In this document: piece after piece, positions 25,721 through 40,097 of the stretch | Position numbering within the stretch: the stretch's first letter is position 1 | Layout of the letters: every line of letters begins with the position of its first letter | Source of the DNA: Squalus acanthias | Lineage: Eukaryota | Assembly (NCBI GenBank): GCA_030390025.1 | Contig: CM059431.1 | Location: 156,738,001 to 156,802,000 of the forward strand | Length of the DNA: 64,000 nucleotides | Direction: 5' to 3' | Notes under the pieces: model-generated | The model's database searches: none | Told to the model about the DNA's origin: nothing | Seen by the model: only the letters and a program-made list of their open reading frames with translations | Program-made: the position numbers and the translations under genes

Positions 25721-26404
25721 TTGAGTCACCCAGGGCGCCTGGATTTTCTGTCGATATAACCAGGCACTTTATCTCCCAATCCTGACCTTATATAAGGCGC
25801 GCCAATCATATCATTATATCATACGCGTAGACAAGCTGTACCTTAACTAATGAGCTTCATTCACAGAACTTTGTTTATTCACATTTGTGTTACATAATTG
25901 AGGAGGTATTGGACAATTTGAGCAGTTTAGCATCATACATTAGTCGCGGTTTTTTAAAGAAATGGGACGTTATGGCATTCATGGGGAGAGAGGATGTGGC
26001 CTCGGGAGATGTCCCAGAGCATTGGGCCGAAGTAGGGTCGGGACTTAAGAAGAAGTAGAATGAAAGAAAAGATTTGGATATGTTCAGTAGAAATGTTTTA
26101 AATCCGCGCCACCTGCAGTGGCTCGATCCAGTTGAATAGTTTACTGTAAACGTACGGCCGATTTCATAGAGAACGGGCGGAAAAATCTCGGCCCTGATCG
26201 TAGGGAAATTCCTACAGTTAACTTTACACATGCCAGTTAATTCCAGTTATTACAGTTTTGATCTGTCTTCAGGTTTTCCACTGGGACTGTAATGAGGACG
26301 CGTAATTATTGCTCTTCTGGCTGTGACTTTTCGAGGGCTCTTGCCTACTGGAATTACATTAACTGCACGAAGTTTGGCAGTGAATTCTCAGATCCCTGGG
26401 ATAC

Positions 26405-26700
26405 TCATTGTGGCAGAACACCGATGACAATGCCATTGAATGTCAACTGCAATTGGTTAGGATTTCTCCAGTTGCAGGTAGGCAGTACCTGGGACTTAGG
26501 CGGCATAAATGTTAGCTGCCACTTATCGGCCGAAACCTGGATGTTGTCCAGTTCTTGCTTCATGCGGGCATGGACTGCCTCATTTTCTGAGGAATTGCGA
26601 ATGGAACTGAACACTGTACAATCATCAGCGAGGAACCTAAATTCTGAATCTTTGAAGGAAGTTCAATGATGAAGCAGCTGACGATAATTGCGCCCAGCTG
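26405..26700 (-). mobile_element. Second-family LINE RT fragment
   Basis: ADDCTVFSSIRNSSENEAV..MKQELDNIQ..ADKWQ. Confidence 0.8.
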
Positions 26701-27759
26701 GCTACCATTTAAAAATCACGGTTAATCCATGAGTTCCTGTACTCTTAATATGAATGCATTCATGAAAATTCCAGAAAGAATACATTGACAGAGAGATATC
26801 TCAGAAGAGCACTACAAATGTTGGTTACACTGGCACCGGACAACAATTTCATTTTGGCTACTGAAGTTAAAGAAGTACAGCATTAAGTATTGCTTATATC
26901 CTTAATTGCACAGAACAATGTCTGTCTAAATAGTCAATCATATGACTCATTTAACACTATACGAAGCTAACATATATGAAGCATACCTTGTGATCTGTTT
27001 CAGTAAACACGTTTGCCTCTACGAGCGATTGGCTAACATCCTCGATTACCTCCTCAATTGACTGTTCTAGTCTCTGACGGTAGGAAACGATAATTCTGCG
27101 CAGCTGGATATTCGTGCATCTCGCCAGCGTTAGTAAGATTTTGTTACCTGAATTTTCTGTCAAGGTGTAAATGAGAACACATTAACATACAATGGCCGCT
27201 ATGAAAAGTGAATAAAGTGAACTAACAGCTATCGCAACAGCAGTTGTTCAGAGTCTTTCAAGCAGTGACACGGCCAGTGGAGCGTTACAGATGTGGTATT
27301 CAGAATTAACGCTGCCTTTTTTGCTGGAGTTAAGATAAATAGCCCAGTCCTTGAAACATGTGGTCGCTGTTTAAAATAAGTAAGCCGTACAGAGGTTGAA
27401 GCTCCGAGGAACTGATTTGCAGTCAGTGGGAATGAATTCTATGCCTGGAGTCCAAAGCAGATGAACCGATACACTGCGGGCAACCACAAAGGGACAGTTG
27501 GGACAGGGGATGTGGAGACGACATTAGAGATAAGATGCGCGAGGGATGTGTAAATGAGTAGGAGGATTTCACAAATGATCAATGTGGGATAAGGAATCAA
27601 TGTGCATCAGTTAATGAGGGCACTACGGATCCGTGCAACGAATGTTGTATTTGAATCGGAGTAGTAGATCTCTGTCTAAGCTGGAATTTATAAAGCGCAG
27701 GGCCAAGTGTCGCATAATGAATCAGGTCAAAAACACACAGAAGCATGCAGAAAGTAACA

Positions 27760-28150
27760 GCATTCAGTCCCTTCCCAGCGGCATACCGTGGCTGCAGTGT
27801 GTACCATCTACAAGATGCACAGCAGCAAGTTGTAAAGGCTTCTCGACCCAAACACGCGAACTCTATCTCCTAGAAGGACAAGAGAAGCAGGCAAATGGGA
27901 ACACCACCACTTCCAAGTTCCCCTCCAAGTCTCACAACTTCCTGACTTGGAACTATATTGCCAGTCCTTCATCGTTTCTGGGCCAAAATCCTGGCACTTC
28001 CCCCCAACAGCATTGTGGGAGTACCTTCACCACACGGACTGCAGCAGTGCAAGAAAGCGGATAACCACCATCTTCTCAAGCACAATTAGGATGGGTAATA
28101 CATTTTGGCCTTATCAGCCACGCCCACATCGCTTGAATGAATAAAAAAAT
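27760..28150 (+). mobile_element. Second-family LINE 3' end
   Basis: Similar to the 3' parts of 4590-5430 and 60034-61240; A-rich tail. Confidence 0.8.
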
Positions 28151-28199
28151 ATATATTTATATTGAAACGTATGTCCGGATAATTAACCTATATCTGTTC

Positions 28200-31100
28200 C
28201 GGACGATGATCTGAGATCCCAGGTTATATTGCACAGTGTATCACGATCATACCAGGTGTGCATTGGTTTCACCGTGTATCACGGTGCTACCTGCTGTATA
28301 TAGGTTTCCACAGTATATCAGGAAACTGTCAGTTGTGGATGGGGCTTCAGAGTGTATCAGGATAGTGAAAGGTGTTTATGGGGTTTCACGGTGTATCAGG
28401 ATACTTACAGGTGTTTAGGGGGATTCAAAGTACATCAGGATCCTGCAAGGTATTCATGCGGTTTCGCAATATATCGGGATCTGCCAGGTGAATATGACGT
28501 TACAACGTACATCATGATCCTGCAAGATATGGATGCGGTTTCACTGTATATCAGAATATGCCAGGTGCGGGTGGGCTTTCAAAGCCTACCGGGATCCTGC
28601 CAGGTGTGTATGGGGTTTCACATTTTGTCGGGATCATATCAGGCATCTGCGGGCTGAAAACTGTATGAGGATCCTGGAAGGTGTGTATGCGGTTTCAGAT
28701 TGTAACAGGATTCTAAGAAATATATGTGGAGTTTTAAATTATATCATGATCGTGCAATATGTTTAAGGGGTTTTGCAGTATACCGGAATCCTGCCAGGTG
28801 TGTATTTGGTATCAACAGTGTATAGGAATCGGGCCATGTGCGTCTGGGGTTTCACAGTGTATCCGGATCCTACCAGGTGTGTATGAGATTTTACCCTGTA
28901 TTTGGATCCTACCAGGTGTGTATGGGGTTTCAGAGTGTATCAGGATCCTGCCAGGTGTGTATGGGATTTCACAGTGAAGCAGGATCCTGCCAGGTGTGTA
29001 TGGGTATTTAAAGGGCATCAGGATTCTGCCAGGTGTGTATGGCATTGCACACTGTATCAGGATCCTGCTAGGTGTGTATGTGGTTTCGCAGTGTATAAGG
29101 ATACTGACAAGTGTTTATGGGGTTTCAAAGTACATCAGAATCTTGCAAGGTATGCATGTGGTTTCACAATACATCGGGATCTGCATCGTGAGTATGGGGC
29201 TACAAAAAACATCAGGATCCTGCAAGGTATTTAGGCTGTCTCACTGTATATCGGAATATGCCAGGTGCGTGTGGCCTTTCAAAGCTTATGACTGCTGTTA
29301 CGTTGGAAGTTCCAAGATTTTGACCCAGCGATGATGACGCATCGGCGATATACTTCTAAGTCAGGTTGCTGTGTGATTTGGAGGGGTACTTGGAGGTGGT
29401 TGTGTTCCCATGCGCCTTCTGCCCTTTCCCTTCTAGGTGAAAGCTTTCGCGGGTTTGCGAGGTGCTGTCGAAGAAGCCTTGGCGAGTTGCTGCAGTGAAT
29501 CTTGTAGATGGTACACACTGCAGCCACGGTATGCCGGTGGTGGAGGGAGTGAATGTTCAAGGTAGTGGATGGGATCCCAATCAAGAGGGCTGCTTTGTCT
29601 TGGATGTTCTCGAGCTTCTTGAGTGTTGTTGGAGCTACACTCATCCACGCAAGTGGAGAGTATTCCATCACAATCCTTACTTGTTCCTTTAAATATTTGA
29701 AAGGCTTTGGGGAGTCTTTGCCACAAGTTCACAGATTTCACAGTGCAGCAGGATGCTCTCAGGCGTGTATGGGGTTTCACAATGTATCGGGATCCTGCCA
29801 GGTCTGTAAGGGCATTTTTGTATATCGGGATCCTGCCAGGTGTGTTTGGTGTTTGACAGTGTATCAGGATCCTGCCAGGTGTGTATGGGGTTTGACAGTT
29901 TATCGGGATCTTGCCAGGGGTGTATGGGGTTTGCCAGTGTATCGGGATGCTGCCAGGTGTGTAAGGGTTTCTCATTGTTTCAGGAACCTGCCAGGTGTGA
30001 ATGTATTTCAAAGCATATCAGGCTCCTGCAAAGAATATACGAGTTTTCACATTTTGTCAGTATCATGTCAGGTATTTAAGGCTTTAACAGTGTATCACGA
30101 TCCTGCAAGTTGTGTATAGGTATTCGCAATTAATCAGGATTCTGTTAGTGATGTTCATGGAGTCACAGATTATAAGGATCCTTCCAGGTGTGTTTCAGAT
30201 TTTGTCGAGATTCTGTGAAATATATATATGGGGTATAAATTAAATCATGATCCTGCCACATGTTTAAGCGGTTATACAGTATATTGGCAATCATGTTAGG
30301 TGTGTATTTGGTTCCAAGAGGATTGGGATCGTGCCATGTATGTCTATGGTTTCACAGTGTAACAGAATCCTAACTAAAACCAGGGGTCAGAGTCTAAGGA
30401 TAAAGGGGAAGCCATTTAAGACTGAGATGAGGAGGAACTTCTTCACCCAGAGAGTGGTGAATCTGTGGAATTCTCTACCACAGAGGGTTGTTGAGGCCAG
30501 TTCGCTAAATATATTCAAAAGGGTGTTAGATATAATACTCACAACTCGGGGGATCAAGGGGAATGGCGAGAAAGCAGGAATGGGCTACTGAGGTAGCATG
30601 TTCAGCCATGAACGCATTAAATGGCGGTGGAGGCTCGAAGGACCGAATGGTCCACTCCTGCACCTGTTTTCTATGTTTCTATGTTTCTAACAGAAATGTA
30701 CGGGGTTTCACAGTGAAACAGGATCCGAACATCAATGTACGGGCTGTCACAGTGTAACAGGAAGCTAACAGGTGTGTATGTGGCTCAAAGCTATTCCAGG
30801 ATCCTGCAAGATAGGCATGTGATTTCACAATATATCACGATACTGCCTGGTGTCGATTGGGTTCCACTTTGTATTGGTTACTGCTAGGTTTGTATTGTTG
30901 TTCAAAGTGCATCGAAATCCCGCCAGGTGTTTATGGTGTTCCACAGTGTAACAGGATCCTGACAGGTATGTAAGGGTTTTAACAATGTATCAGGATCCTG
31001 CCCGGTGTGTATGGGGTTTCACAATGTATTCGGATTCTGGCATGGTGTGCTTGGTGGATCAGAGTGTATCGGTGTCCTCTCAGGTGTTCATGAGTTTTAA

Positions 31101-31490
31101 CATTGTATCTGAATCCTGCCAGGTGTGTATGGTGTTTCATAGTGTATCGGGATCCTGCCAGGTGTGTATGGGGATTCACAGCGTGTCACGATCCTGCCAG
31201 GTGTTGATGCGATTTCACAGTGTATCAGGATACTGCCAGGTGTGTATGAAATTTCACAGTGTAGCAGGATCCTTCCCGGTGTGTATGGAGTTTCACAATG
31301 TATGGGATCCTGACAGTTGATAATTGGGTTGCAAAGAACATCTGGATTCTGCAAGGTATGTATGCGGTTTCACTTTATCTCGTGAAGTGCCAGTTGCCTG
31401 TGGGCTTTCAAAGCGTATCATGATCCTGACAGAAATGTATGGGGTTTCTCATTTTGTCGTTATCATGTCAGGTATCTCCGGGTTTAATAG
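28200..31490. repeat. 39-bp minisatellite array (same family as 2090-2795), interrupted by LINE pieces
   Basis: Same consensus; insertions at ~29290-29730 (second-family LINE, minus strand) and ~30375-30690 (CR1 3' end). Confidence 0.93.
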
Positions 31491-33465
31491 CGTGCAGAGC
31501 CAGATTAAACGGAGTGGATTTGAACAGTGTGTTTTATTTGGTAACTTGGAAAGCGTGGTAATTCGGAAAAGAGGGTGAAGGAGTTGTTGCTTTTTGCTGA
31601 CACTACTCGTGGTGCGTTCTGTTACAGGTAGATATTTAATTTAAATGCCCTTAACTTATTATAGATCAAATCACTAGTCAAGAAACTTCATTGTAATCTA
31701 ATTTACCTCAATACAAATCTAAATAACATTCATTAACTAAAACAAGATCATATAGGAATGTCCGCGCAGTAGGTGTGCCGCAACAGCAGCATGTGCAAAT
31801 TGTGGAGAGCACTGTGATCCCGGACAGCCACGTTTGCAGTAAGTGCCTGCAGGATAAATCTTCATTTAGAAAGACACGGATTAATCAAGGTAATCAGCAA
31901 GGATTTGTTAAGGGAAGGTCGTATCTGACAAACTTAATTGAACATTTTTGGGGAGATAACAAGTAGAGTAGATGAGGGTAGTGTGTTTGATGTAGTGTAT
32001 ATGGACGTTAGCTAGGCTTTTGATAATGTTCCACATGGCAGACTGGTAACGAAGTTAAAATCCCATGGGATCCAGGGCAAAGTGTCAAGTTGGATTCAAA
32101 ACTGGCTCGGAGACAGGAAGCAGAGGGTAATGGTTGATGTGTGCTACTGGAAGGCTATTTCCAGTGGGGTTCCATAGGGCTCACTACTAGGTCCCTTGCT
32201 TTTTGTGGTATATATCAATGATCTAGACAAGAATATAAGGGGTATGATTAAGAAGTTTGCAGCTGATACTAAAATCGGCTGTGTGGTTGATAATGAAGAA
32301 GGAAGCTGCAGACTGCAGGAAGATATCAATAAATTGGTCAGCTGGGCAGAACAGTGGCAAATGGAATTCAATCCGGAGAAGTGTGCGGTAATGCATTTGG
32401 GGAGGGCTAACTAGGAAACGGAATACACATTAAATGCTAGGGCACTGAGTAGTGCAGAGAAACAAAGGGACCTTGGAGTGCATGTGCACAGATCCCAGAA
32501 GGTAGCAGGCCAAGTAGATAAGGTGGTTAAGAAGGCATACGGAATGCTTGCCTTTATTAGCCGTGGAATAGAATACGAGAGCACGGGGGTTATGCTTCAA
32601 CTGTATAAAACACTAGTTAGGCCTCAGCTAGAGTACGGTGTGCAGTTCTGGTCACCACATTACAGGAAAGATTGCACTAGAGAGGGTACAGAGGAGATTT
32701 ACAAGGATGTTGCCGGGAGTAGAGAATATTAGCTATGAGGAAAGACTGGATAGGCTGGGTCTGTTTTCTTTGGAACAGAGAAGGCTGAGGTGAGAATATA
32801 TTGAGGTGTATAAAATTATGAGGGGGCATAGATAAAGTGGATAGAAAGGACTTATTTCCCTTAGTAGAGTCGTCAAAATCCAGGGGGCACAGATTTGAAG
32901 TAATTGATGAAAGGTTTACAGGGAATTTGAGGGGAAATGTATACACCCAGAGGGTTGTGTGGGTCTGTAACTCACTGCCTGAAAGGATGGTAGATGCAGG
33001 AACCCAACCTCATTTAAACGTACTTGGATGTACACTTGGATGCTCTCACCAGCAGGGCTACGGACCAAGAGCTGGGAAGTGGGATTAGGCTGGATAGTTC
33101 TTTGTTGGCCGGCGCGGACAACATGGGCCGAAATGGCCTCCTTCCATGCTGTAACTTTCTATGATTCTATGATTCTATAACCTTGAGGAACTTCAGCTCA
33201 GATTTTTTGGGCGTGAGTCTCAGATGCAGATATTGCGGTGCATCAGGGATGGGCAGAATTACCTGGGCACTTTGACCAGGAGGCAGTCACACCTCTTAGG
33301 TTATGTATTGATAGATGTATGTTTTGTGGTCAGCGACAGCAGATTGTGTCTGCAAATCAGCCAGCTAAGAGGACCCCAGGTGCATGCTGCAGGAGTCTCA
33401 GCCATTGTCCTTGCCCAACAGGTATGAGGTTCTTGCTGCCTGTGTAGAAGGGGGCCTGTAGATAA
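31490..33465 (+). mobile_element. CR1 5'/ORF1 fragment interrupted by a 5'-truncated CR1 (~31853-33178)
   Basis: ORF1 zinc motif HVCSKCL resumes as LEELQL after 33180; insert carries an RT C-terminus and (TTCTATGA)n tail. Confidence 0.8.
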
Positions 33466-35800
33466 GGGATGGAGGCAACAATCGTGAGAGTGAGTTAAGC
33501 AATTGGGAGTAGAGGCCGTCAAAGTGCCGCGGTTTTAATATCGAGAAAGGAGGAGAACTCCTGAACTTATTCGCTCCACATTCAGTTAAATATTTGTTTA
33601 AAAGAAAGTGATATGTTGGTGACGCTCTGCAGACGTTTCTTTCACGATCGCCGGTTAGATGGATCGAGTTAACTAGAACTTCAGTAGTCACAGACAGTTT
33701 ACCAGAATAAGCAAAAGGAATGCCACGGTTGAACCAAGGTTGAGTTTAAATCTTGACAGAAGGAAAAAACGTCAATTCTCAAAATTTATTGTATCATTTA
33801 GAGTATAATTTACCTCACTGGCATAGTTAAGAATTAACAGTCTCAGATCAGTCGGAATCTATAACAGAAGTACGAGAGACTGCAGACACTGCTTAAGATT
33901 TAATGGATTGAATTTAAATACTGGCGGATATAGCTGTTCAGCAAAAAGAGTAAACTCACTGGATGTCTCTGCGGTTCTTTCATATCCGCGAGCTCTTTCT
34001 TCTTGTAGCCGTGGATTTAGATCTTCATTCACTGTGTGTGGGGCTGACCTCACTGTAAGTATCTACGCTGAGCAGAGTTTCTGGAGGAGCAATTTCCTGT
34101 TGGCTCTGATTAGAACAAGAATATGATTAGATATAAAAGGGCTTACTTTTCCGTTTCTGAGCTGCCCGGCCACAGATTTCCTCAGCCTGTGCAACAACGG
34201 GCACTGTTACTTGGGGATACCAAAGCGACGAGGCACAACATATACCGTAGATTTAAAGCATAATGCCGATGCTAATAGCAAAAGCGAAAACAACAAATGC
34301 AAGGAAGTTGTTTGATACGATGGTTTTACTAAAGCTAGAGTCGATATGATGCCCAAAAGCTTATATTGACTTGAAGAGATCAATCGCTTGTATCATCGGG
34401 CTGAGGGAAGCTTTAACGTAAAATTCACAAATATCTGACGAGACATCTCTGAGCAGAGGTGAAGAGCGATCGCTGCACTATTAGGCAAAGGACATCGGAG
34501 CAGAATCATGAAATGTAAATCCCGTAGACGTAGCAAAGCTGGACACACAGGTTCATTTCGCTACCAATGATTCAGATTTTAATTGATTCCTGAACCCAAA
34601 TTCCAGTGTCAAGAAAGGGGGAACCGGGAAACAAACCGGAGAGTGGCGGGCGATACAGAATAAGATTGATGATTGAAGTGACCATTGAAATGTAGTTAAC
34701 AGTCAGGGTATAGAGGCGGGGATGCAGATACAATGCTAGATTTCAGATTCGAGACGATGGTACAAATTCAAGGTCAAGGTTGGGGTTAGAGTTGAAGAGG
34801 TAGCTGCAGTCTAAGTGATGGGAATGGAGGGGAGGGAGATGGTCAAGGGATTATTTAGTGACTCGCCCCACAGGATGAATCCTAATTCTTGCAAAATAAC
34901 GTAAAGGTCTATGATTAAAGCTGGGCTCAAAGTTACTCTGGAGAACAAACATTGAGCATGAAGGAGGACCGATCTGAAAACAAATCTTCCTGAATATCTT
35001 CAATTAAATTCCAGTGCTTCCAGTAAAACTGATATTCCAGAATATCGTAGGACAGTGGCTGTTGGTGATGAACACGGAAGTAGACCAAATTCCAGTTTCA
35101 AAGCTGTGGTGATTCCGATGCATAGAGTTGCCTCCGCATTAGATTCGGGCTGAAATCGGACTAAATTAGAGTCTGAGAGGCACCCGAGCGGAAAATAGGT
35201 AAGCAAGTAGAAATTTCAGCAATCATCCTTTTCCCTCATGTATAACATCTCAGAGGAAGTGGTGATCCATGTTACCATTGCGCAGTGCAATTCGCCTATT
35301 TCAGAAAAGAAAGGGCGCGAAAGCAGAAAAACTGCTTATATTTAAACAATGGAATTCCTGTCAATGCTACAGTAGGTTAAGAATGGTCCTGTTGCTTTCA
35401 GGTCAGACATATCTCATATTCTACCCGAGGGAATAGATTCATATGATTCTGATTTGCACGGAAACCGTCCACCGATCCTTCAATAGCTTCAGGAATTCTA
35501 GCCGAATACAATTCCGTATCTTGGGATTGTTGAGTTTCAGCGTCTGTCGACAAAGTCAGTCCAACTCCAGTAATTTCAGCCCCTGTAAAATATAAGTGGA
35601 ACAAAAAATTTCGGAGTAGATGTAATAAACGAGGATACTTTGGAAAATGTATTAGAAATCTGTTGGACTGCTGAAAACAATTCCTTAATACGAGGAGGGA
35701 GCGGCAAATAATTAAAAATGATTGTGAATCTATCTATCTGACTGTCTTTCTGCCTGGCCCGCTGTTTTGCTGTCTGTCGATCAATCTATATATTATCTAT

Positions 35801-36048
35801 GTTGGCATCCGGGAATGCACAGAACACCTCGAGTCTATTCGCTGGGAGCAAGCGCAAGTCAAGTGCAAGCAGTGCAAGGAGCGCACATCAATCCAAGCAC
35901 GCCACCCACCCGCCTGTTGAAATACCATCTGCCCCACCGGTGACAGAGACTGTAGGTCGCACATTGGACTCATCTGTCACCGGAGGACAATTTTTTAACG
36001 TGGAAGCAAGGCATCCTCGTTTGCGAGGTTCTGCCTAAAAAGACGAAG
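35801..36048 (+). mobile_element. RTE-type LINE 3' end (unit 1 copy)
   Basis: IRE..EHLES.RWEQ..VK....CPT.DRDCRSHIGLICH C2H2 tail. Confidence 0.8.
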
Positions 36049-36053
36049 ATAAT

Positions 36054-36817
36054 GGCCCATAAATTAAACATCGATGGTTCCCGCGGGGGTAAGGATTCCC
36101 CGCGATATCGCACTCCGCGCCTACCTTTTTGTTTGGGGCCCACACGAACTTCAGTTTCAGAGCCTCTCACTGTTGCAACCGTGCAGTGCTTGCGTGTCCC
36201 AGAGGCGCAAATAGTTCGTGCGAGCTCTTGGATCACGTGATACAGTTAGAGCCAATGGCAGCCCACCATCTTTCATTCATAGTTTTGACAGCAAGAGCTG
36301 TCAAAGCTATGAATACTACAAACCCCCAAAAGAACAGCTAAACCACAATTACATTTAAAAAAAAGCCATCACATTAATAAAATAAGTATAGGTAAATAAA
36401 TTAACCACTTTAAACAAAAAATAAAATTTTTGAAAAAATTTAAAATCTTTTTAAAAGTTACAAAAATAAAGTTACCTTTCTTTAAAGTCTCTAAAAAAGA
36501 TAAACCTGTTGAAATTTTTTTTAAATAACACTAAATTAACTACTTACCTTATTAAAAGGGGGTCCTACGCCTGCTTTCTTTATGTGTAAAATCTTCACCA
36601 CTTACCTGCGCGTTCAAACCTGAAAAAAAAACTATGTGCACTGCGTGCGCACAACCTGTAGCGCGCACGCGGTTCACTTAGGAACCACCCCCTTTGCAAT
36701 GCACGAAGTTCTGGTTTCCCGCGCTTGCGCAATGCATGCAGGAAACCGGCAATTCGGGATCTAATACACGAGAGCACACAGTGCGTACTCTCGCGTATTA
36801 GGTTTCATTTTCGGGCC
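36054..36817. mobile_element. MITE (PIF/Harbinger-like) with AAT/ATT 3-bp TSD
   Basis: GGCCC...GGGCC termini; absent from the homologous site in unit 2 (~40100). Confidence 0.85.
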
Positions 36818-39800
36818 ATTATCTATAAAGCCATCTGTCTATATGTTTTGCCTATTTATGGATTAGCTAATCTGTATTCATGGTAATGGATTACACGGCT
36901 GGTTACTGTATGTATTTGATGCATCATCATAAGCACACTGCAGGGTGAAGGCTAAAAGCACAATCAATGAATTTACCGACAATTGCCTATATATTGGTTC
37001 CTGCTGGCTGGCGCGAACTGGGCACCAGTCAATGGGTGTAATTATGACTTTCTTATTGTGAGATAAATTAAAAAGTGCTGAAATGATGGGCAGTCGCTTT
37101 TATACCTCTCTCGATTTTGATATCCATTGAAAACGCTCGCTAGTACATTCGATTACCTATCGCCCATTTTACACCATCACACGACGGCACATTACCGCCG
37201 AGAACGATCACTGTGCCGCAAGGTGTAGTCCTGAGACCCACCCAATATTTTGCCTCTGGTCTCGATTAATGCATACCGAGGAGGTGCAGACACCTGCTAA
37301 GTCTCAAAAGGCAGATTGCGAAGTGATCATGATTTTAATGTCGACTTCTCAATGGGCGACTGAAAGAGTTTAATGCGTTCTGGATGGAGGATCGACCAGC
37401 TGAGGGCGCGATATAAGTGGTCGGAAGAGAGAGAGAGTGGGACGGGTGGATGAGCGAGGGAGGCAAACATCGGGAGAGTGAAAGAGGCAATCGAGAATAA
37501 TGTCCGGCAAGTGCCAATGGTTTTAATTTCGTGCTAGAAGAGGAACACACGAAATTAATGGCTCCACATTCGGTTATTAAATTGGTGCTAGAAGGGAAAC
37601 TCCTGAAATTAATGGCTCCACATTCGGTTAATTATTTTCTGAAACTTATCTTGTGTTGGCGGTCTGCAGAAGACCCTTTAACGATCGCCGGTTCGATGGA
37701 TCGAGTTAACCGGAACCTCAGGCGTCAAAGAAAGTTTACCGGAGATAGCAAAAGGAAAGCCATGGTTGAACCGAGATTGATTGTGAGATTTGACAGAAGG
37801 ACAAGAGGTGATCTCAGAACCTTTATGTAGTATTTCGAGCACTATTTACCTCACATATAAAGATGTGAGTTGACAGTCTCCGATAAGCAGAAATATACAA
37901 CTGAATGACAAGAGAAAGATAACATTGCTTGAGGTTTACTGGATTGAATTTAATGACTGGCGGACATATCTATTAAGCACAAAGATAAATCTCACCGGAT
38001 GTTTGTGTGGTTCTGTCGTATCCGCCGCCTCCTTTTTCTTGCAGACGTGGATGTAGATCTTCATTCACTGTGTGTGTGGCGCTGACCTCACTGTAAATAT
38101 CCGTGCTGAGCAGAGTTTTTATCGGAGCATTTTCCTGTTGGCTCTGATTATAACAAGAATATGATTAGATATAAAAGGGCTGATTTTCGGTTTCTGAGCT
38201 GGCCAAGACACAGATTTCCCCAGCCCGTGCAACAAAGGGCACTGATACTTTGAGAATCCCAAGGGAGTAGGTACAACATATACCGTACATTTAAATCGTA
38301 AGGCGGATCTTCATTGTAAAAGCGAAGAAAACAAATGCAGGAAAGATGATGATAAGATGATTTTACTAAAACTGGAGTCGATATGATCCCCAAAAGATTA
38401 TTTTGTCTTGAAGAGATCAATCGCTTGGATCATCGGTCTGAGGGAAGTTTTAATGTAAAATTCACAAATATTAACGAGACATCTCTGAGCAGAGGTGAAG
38501 AGCGATCGCTGCACTAAAAGGAAAAGTACATCGGAGCAGAATCCGAAATGGAAATCCCGTAGACGTAGCAAAGCTGGACACATAGGTTAATTTCGCTTCC
38601 AACGAATCAGAGTTTAAATTAATGCCTGACCCCAAATTCCAGTGTCAAGAAAGGTATAACCGGGAAACAAACCGGAGAGTGCGGGGGGGGGGGGGGGGCG
38701 AAACGGAATAAGATTGATGATTGAAGTGACCATTGAAATGTAGTTAACAGTCAGGGTACAGAGGCGGGGATGCAGATAAAATACCAGAGTTCAGATTCGA
38801 GACGAAGGTACAAATTCAATGTCAGAGTTGGGGTTAGAGTTGAAGAGGTAGCTGCAGTCTAAGTGTTGGGAATGGAGGGGAGGGAGATGTCCAAAGGATT
38901 ATTTCGTGACTCGCCCCACAGGATAAATCCTAATTCTTGCAAAATAATGTAAAGGTCTATGATTAAAGCTGGGCTCAAAGTTACACTGGAGAACAAACAT
39001 TGTGCATGAAGGAGGACCGATCTGAAAACAAATCTTCCTTTCATTTTCAATTACATTCCAGAGCTTCCAGTAAAACTGATATTGATGAATATCGACGGGC
39101 AGTGACTTTTAGTGATGAACACGGAAGTCGACCAAATTCCAGTTTCAGAGCAGTGGTGATTCCGATGCAAAGAGTTGCCTCCTTATTAGATTCGGGCAGA
39201 AATCGGACAAAATTAGTGTCTGAGCGGTTCACCCAGGCGGAAAATAGGTAAACAAGTAGAAATTTCAGCTATCATCCTTTTCCCTCATGAATAATATCTC
39301 AGAGGGAGTGGTGGTCCATGTTACCATTGCGCAGTGCAATTCGCCTATTTCAGAAAAGAAAGGACGCGAAAGCAGAAAAAGTGCTTATATTTAAACAATA
39401 GAAGTCTTGTCAATGCTACAGTAGGTTAAGAAAGTTCCAGTTCCTTTCAGGTCAGACATACGTCATATTCTACCCGAGTGAATAGATTCATATGATTCTG
39501 ATTTGCAACGATACCGTCCACCGATCATTCAATAGCTTCAGGAATTCTAGCTGGATACAATTCCGTATCTTGGGAATGTTGAGTTTCAGCGTCTGTCGAC
39601 GAAGTTAGTCCAACTCCAGTAATATCATCCGCTGTAAAAGACAAGTGGACAAAAATATCGGGGTAGTTGTAATAAACGAGGATACTTTGGAAAATGTACT
39701 TAGAAATGTCTTGGCCTGCACCAAAACAATTCCTTAAAACGAGGAGCGAACGTCAAATAATTAATAATCATTATGAATCTATCTGTCTGACTGTCTTTCT

Positions 39801-39849
39801 GCCTGTCTCGCTGTTCAGCTGTCCATCGATCAATCTATATATTATCTAT

Positions 39850-40097
39850 GTTGGCATCCGGGAAGGCGCTGAGCACCTCGCGTCTCTTCGCCGGGAGCAA
39901 GCGGAAGTCAAGCGCAAGTAGCGCAAGGAGCGCACGTCAACCCAAGCACCCCACCCACCCGCCCGCTCACCCATGGACTGCCCCACCTGTAACAGAGACT
40001 GTAGGTCCCACATTGGACTTATCAGTCACCTGAGAACTCATTTTTAACGTGGAAGCAAGGCATCCTCGTATGCGAGGGTCTGCCGAAGAAGACAAAG
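39850..40097 (+). mobile_element. RTE-type LINE 3' end (unit 2 copy)
   Basis: CPTCNRDCRSHIGLISHLRTHF; 11-bp TSD ATATTATCTAT at 39839-39849 and 40098-40108. Confidence 0.88.

Larger units (their letters stand above)
19602..27147 (-). pseudogene. NLR (CARD-like, NACHT, short LRR) pseudogene
   Basis: Exons ~27147-26987, 25184-24988, 22669-20951, 20452-20366, 20129-19938, 19692-19602 with AG/GT sites; frameshift ~22580; stops at 21694, 21295 and 19946. Confidence 0.9.

Noticed and set aside
35000..35206. Conserved ORF 'CIGITTALKLEFG...LLEALE' in all four array units as a defined exon
   Set aside because: Acceptor and frame differ between units and no consistent donor was found; conservation is explained by duplication alone
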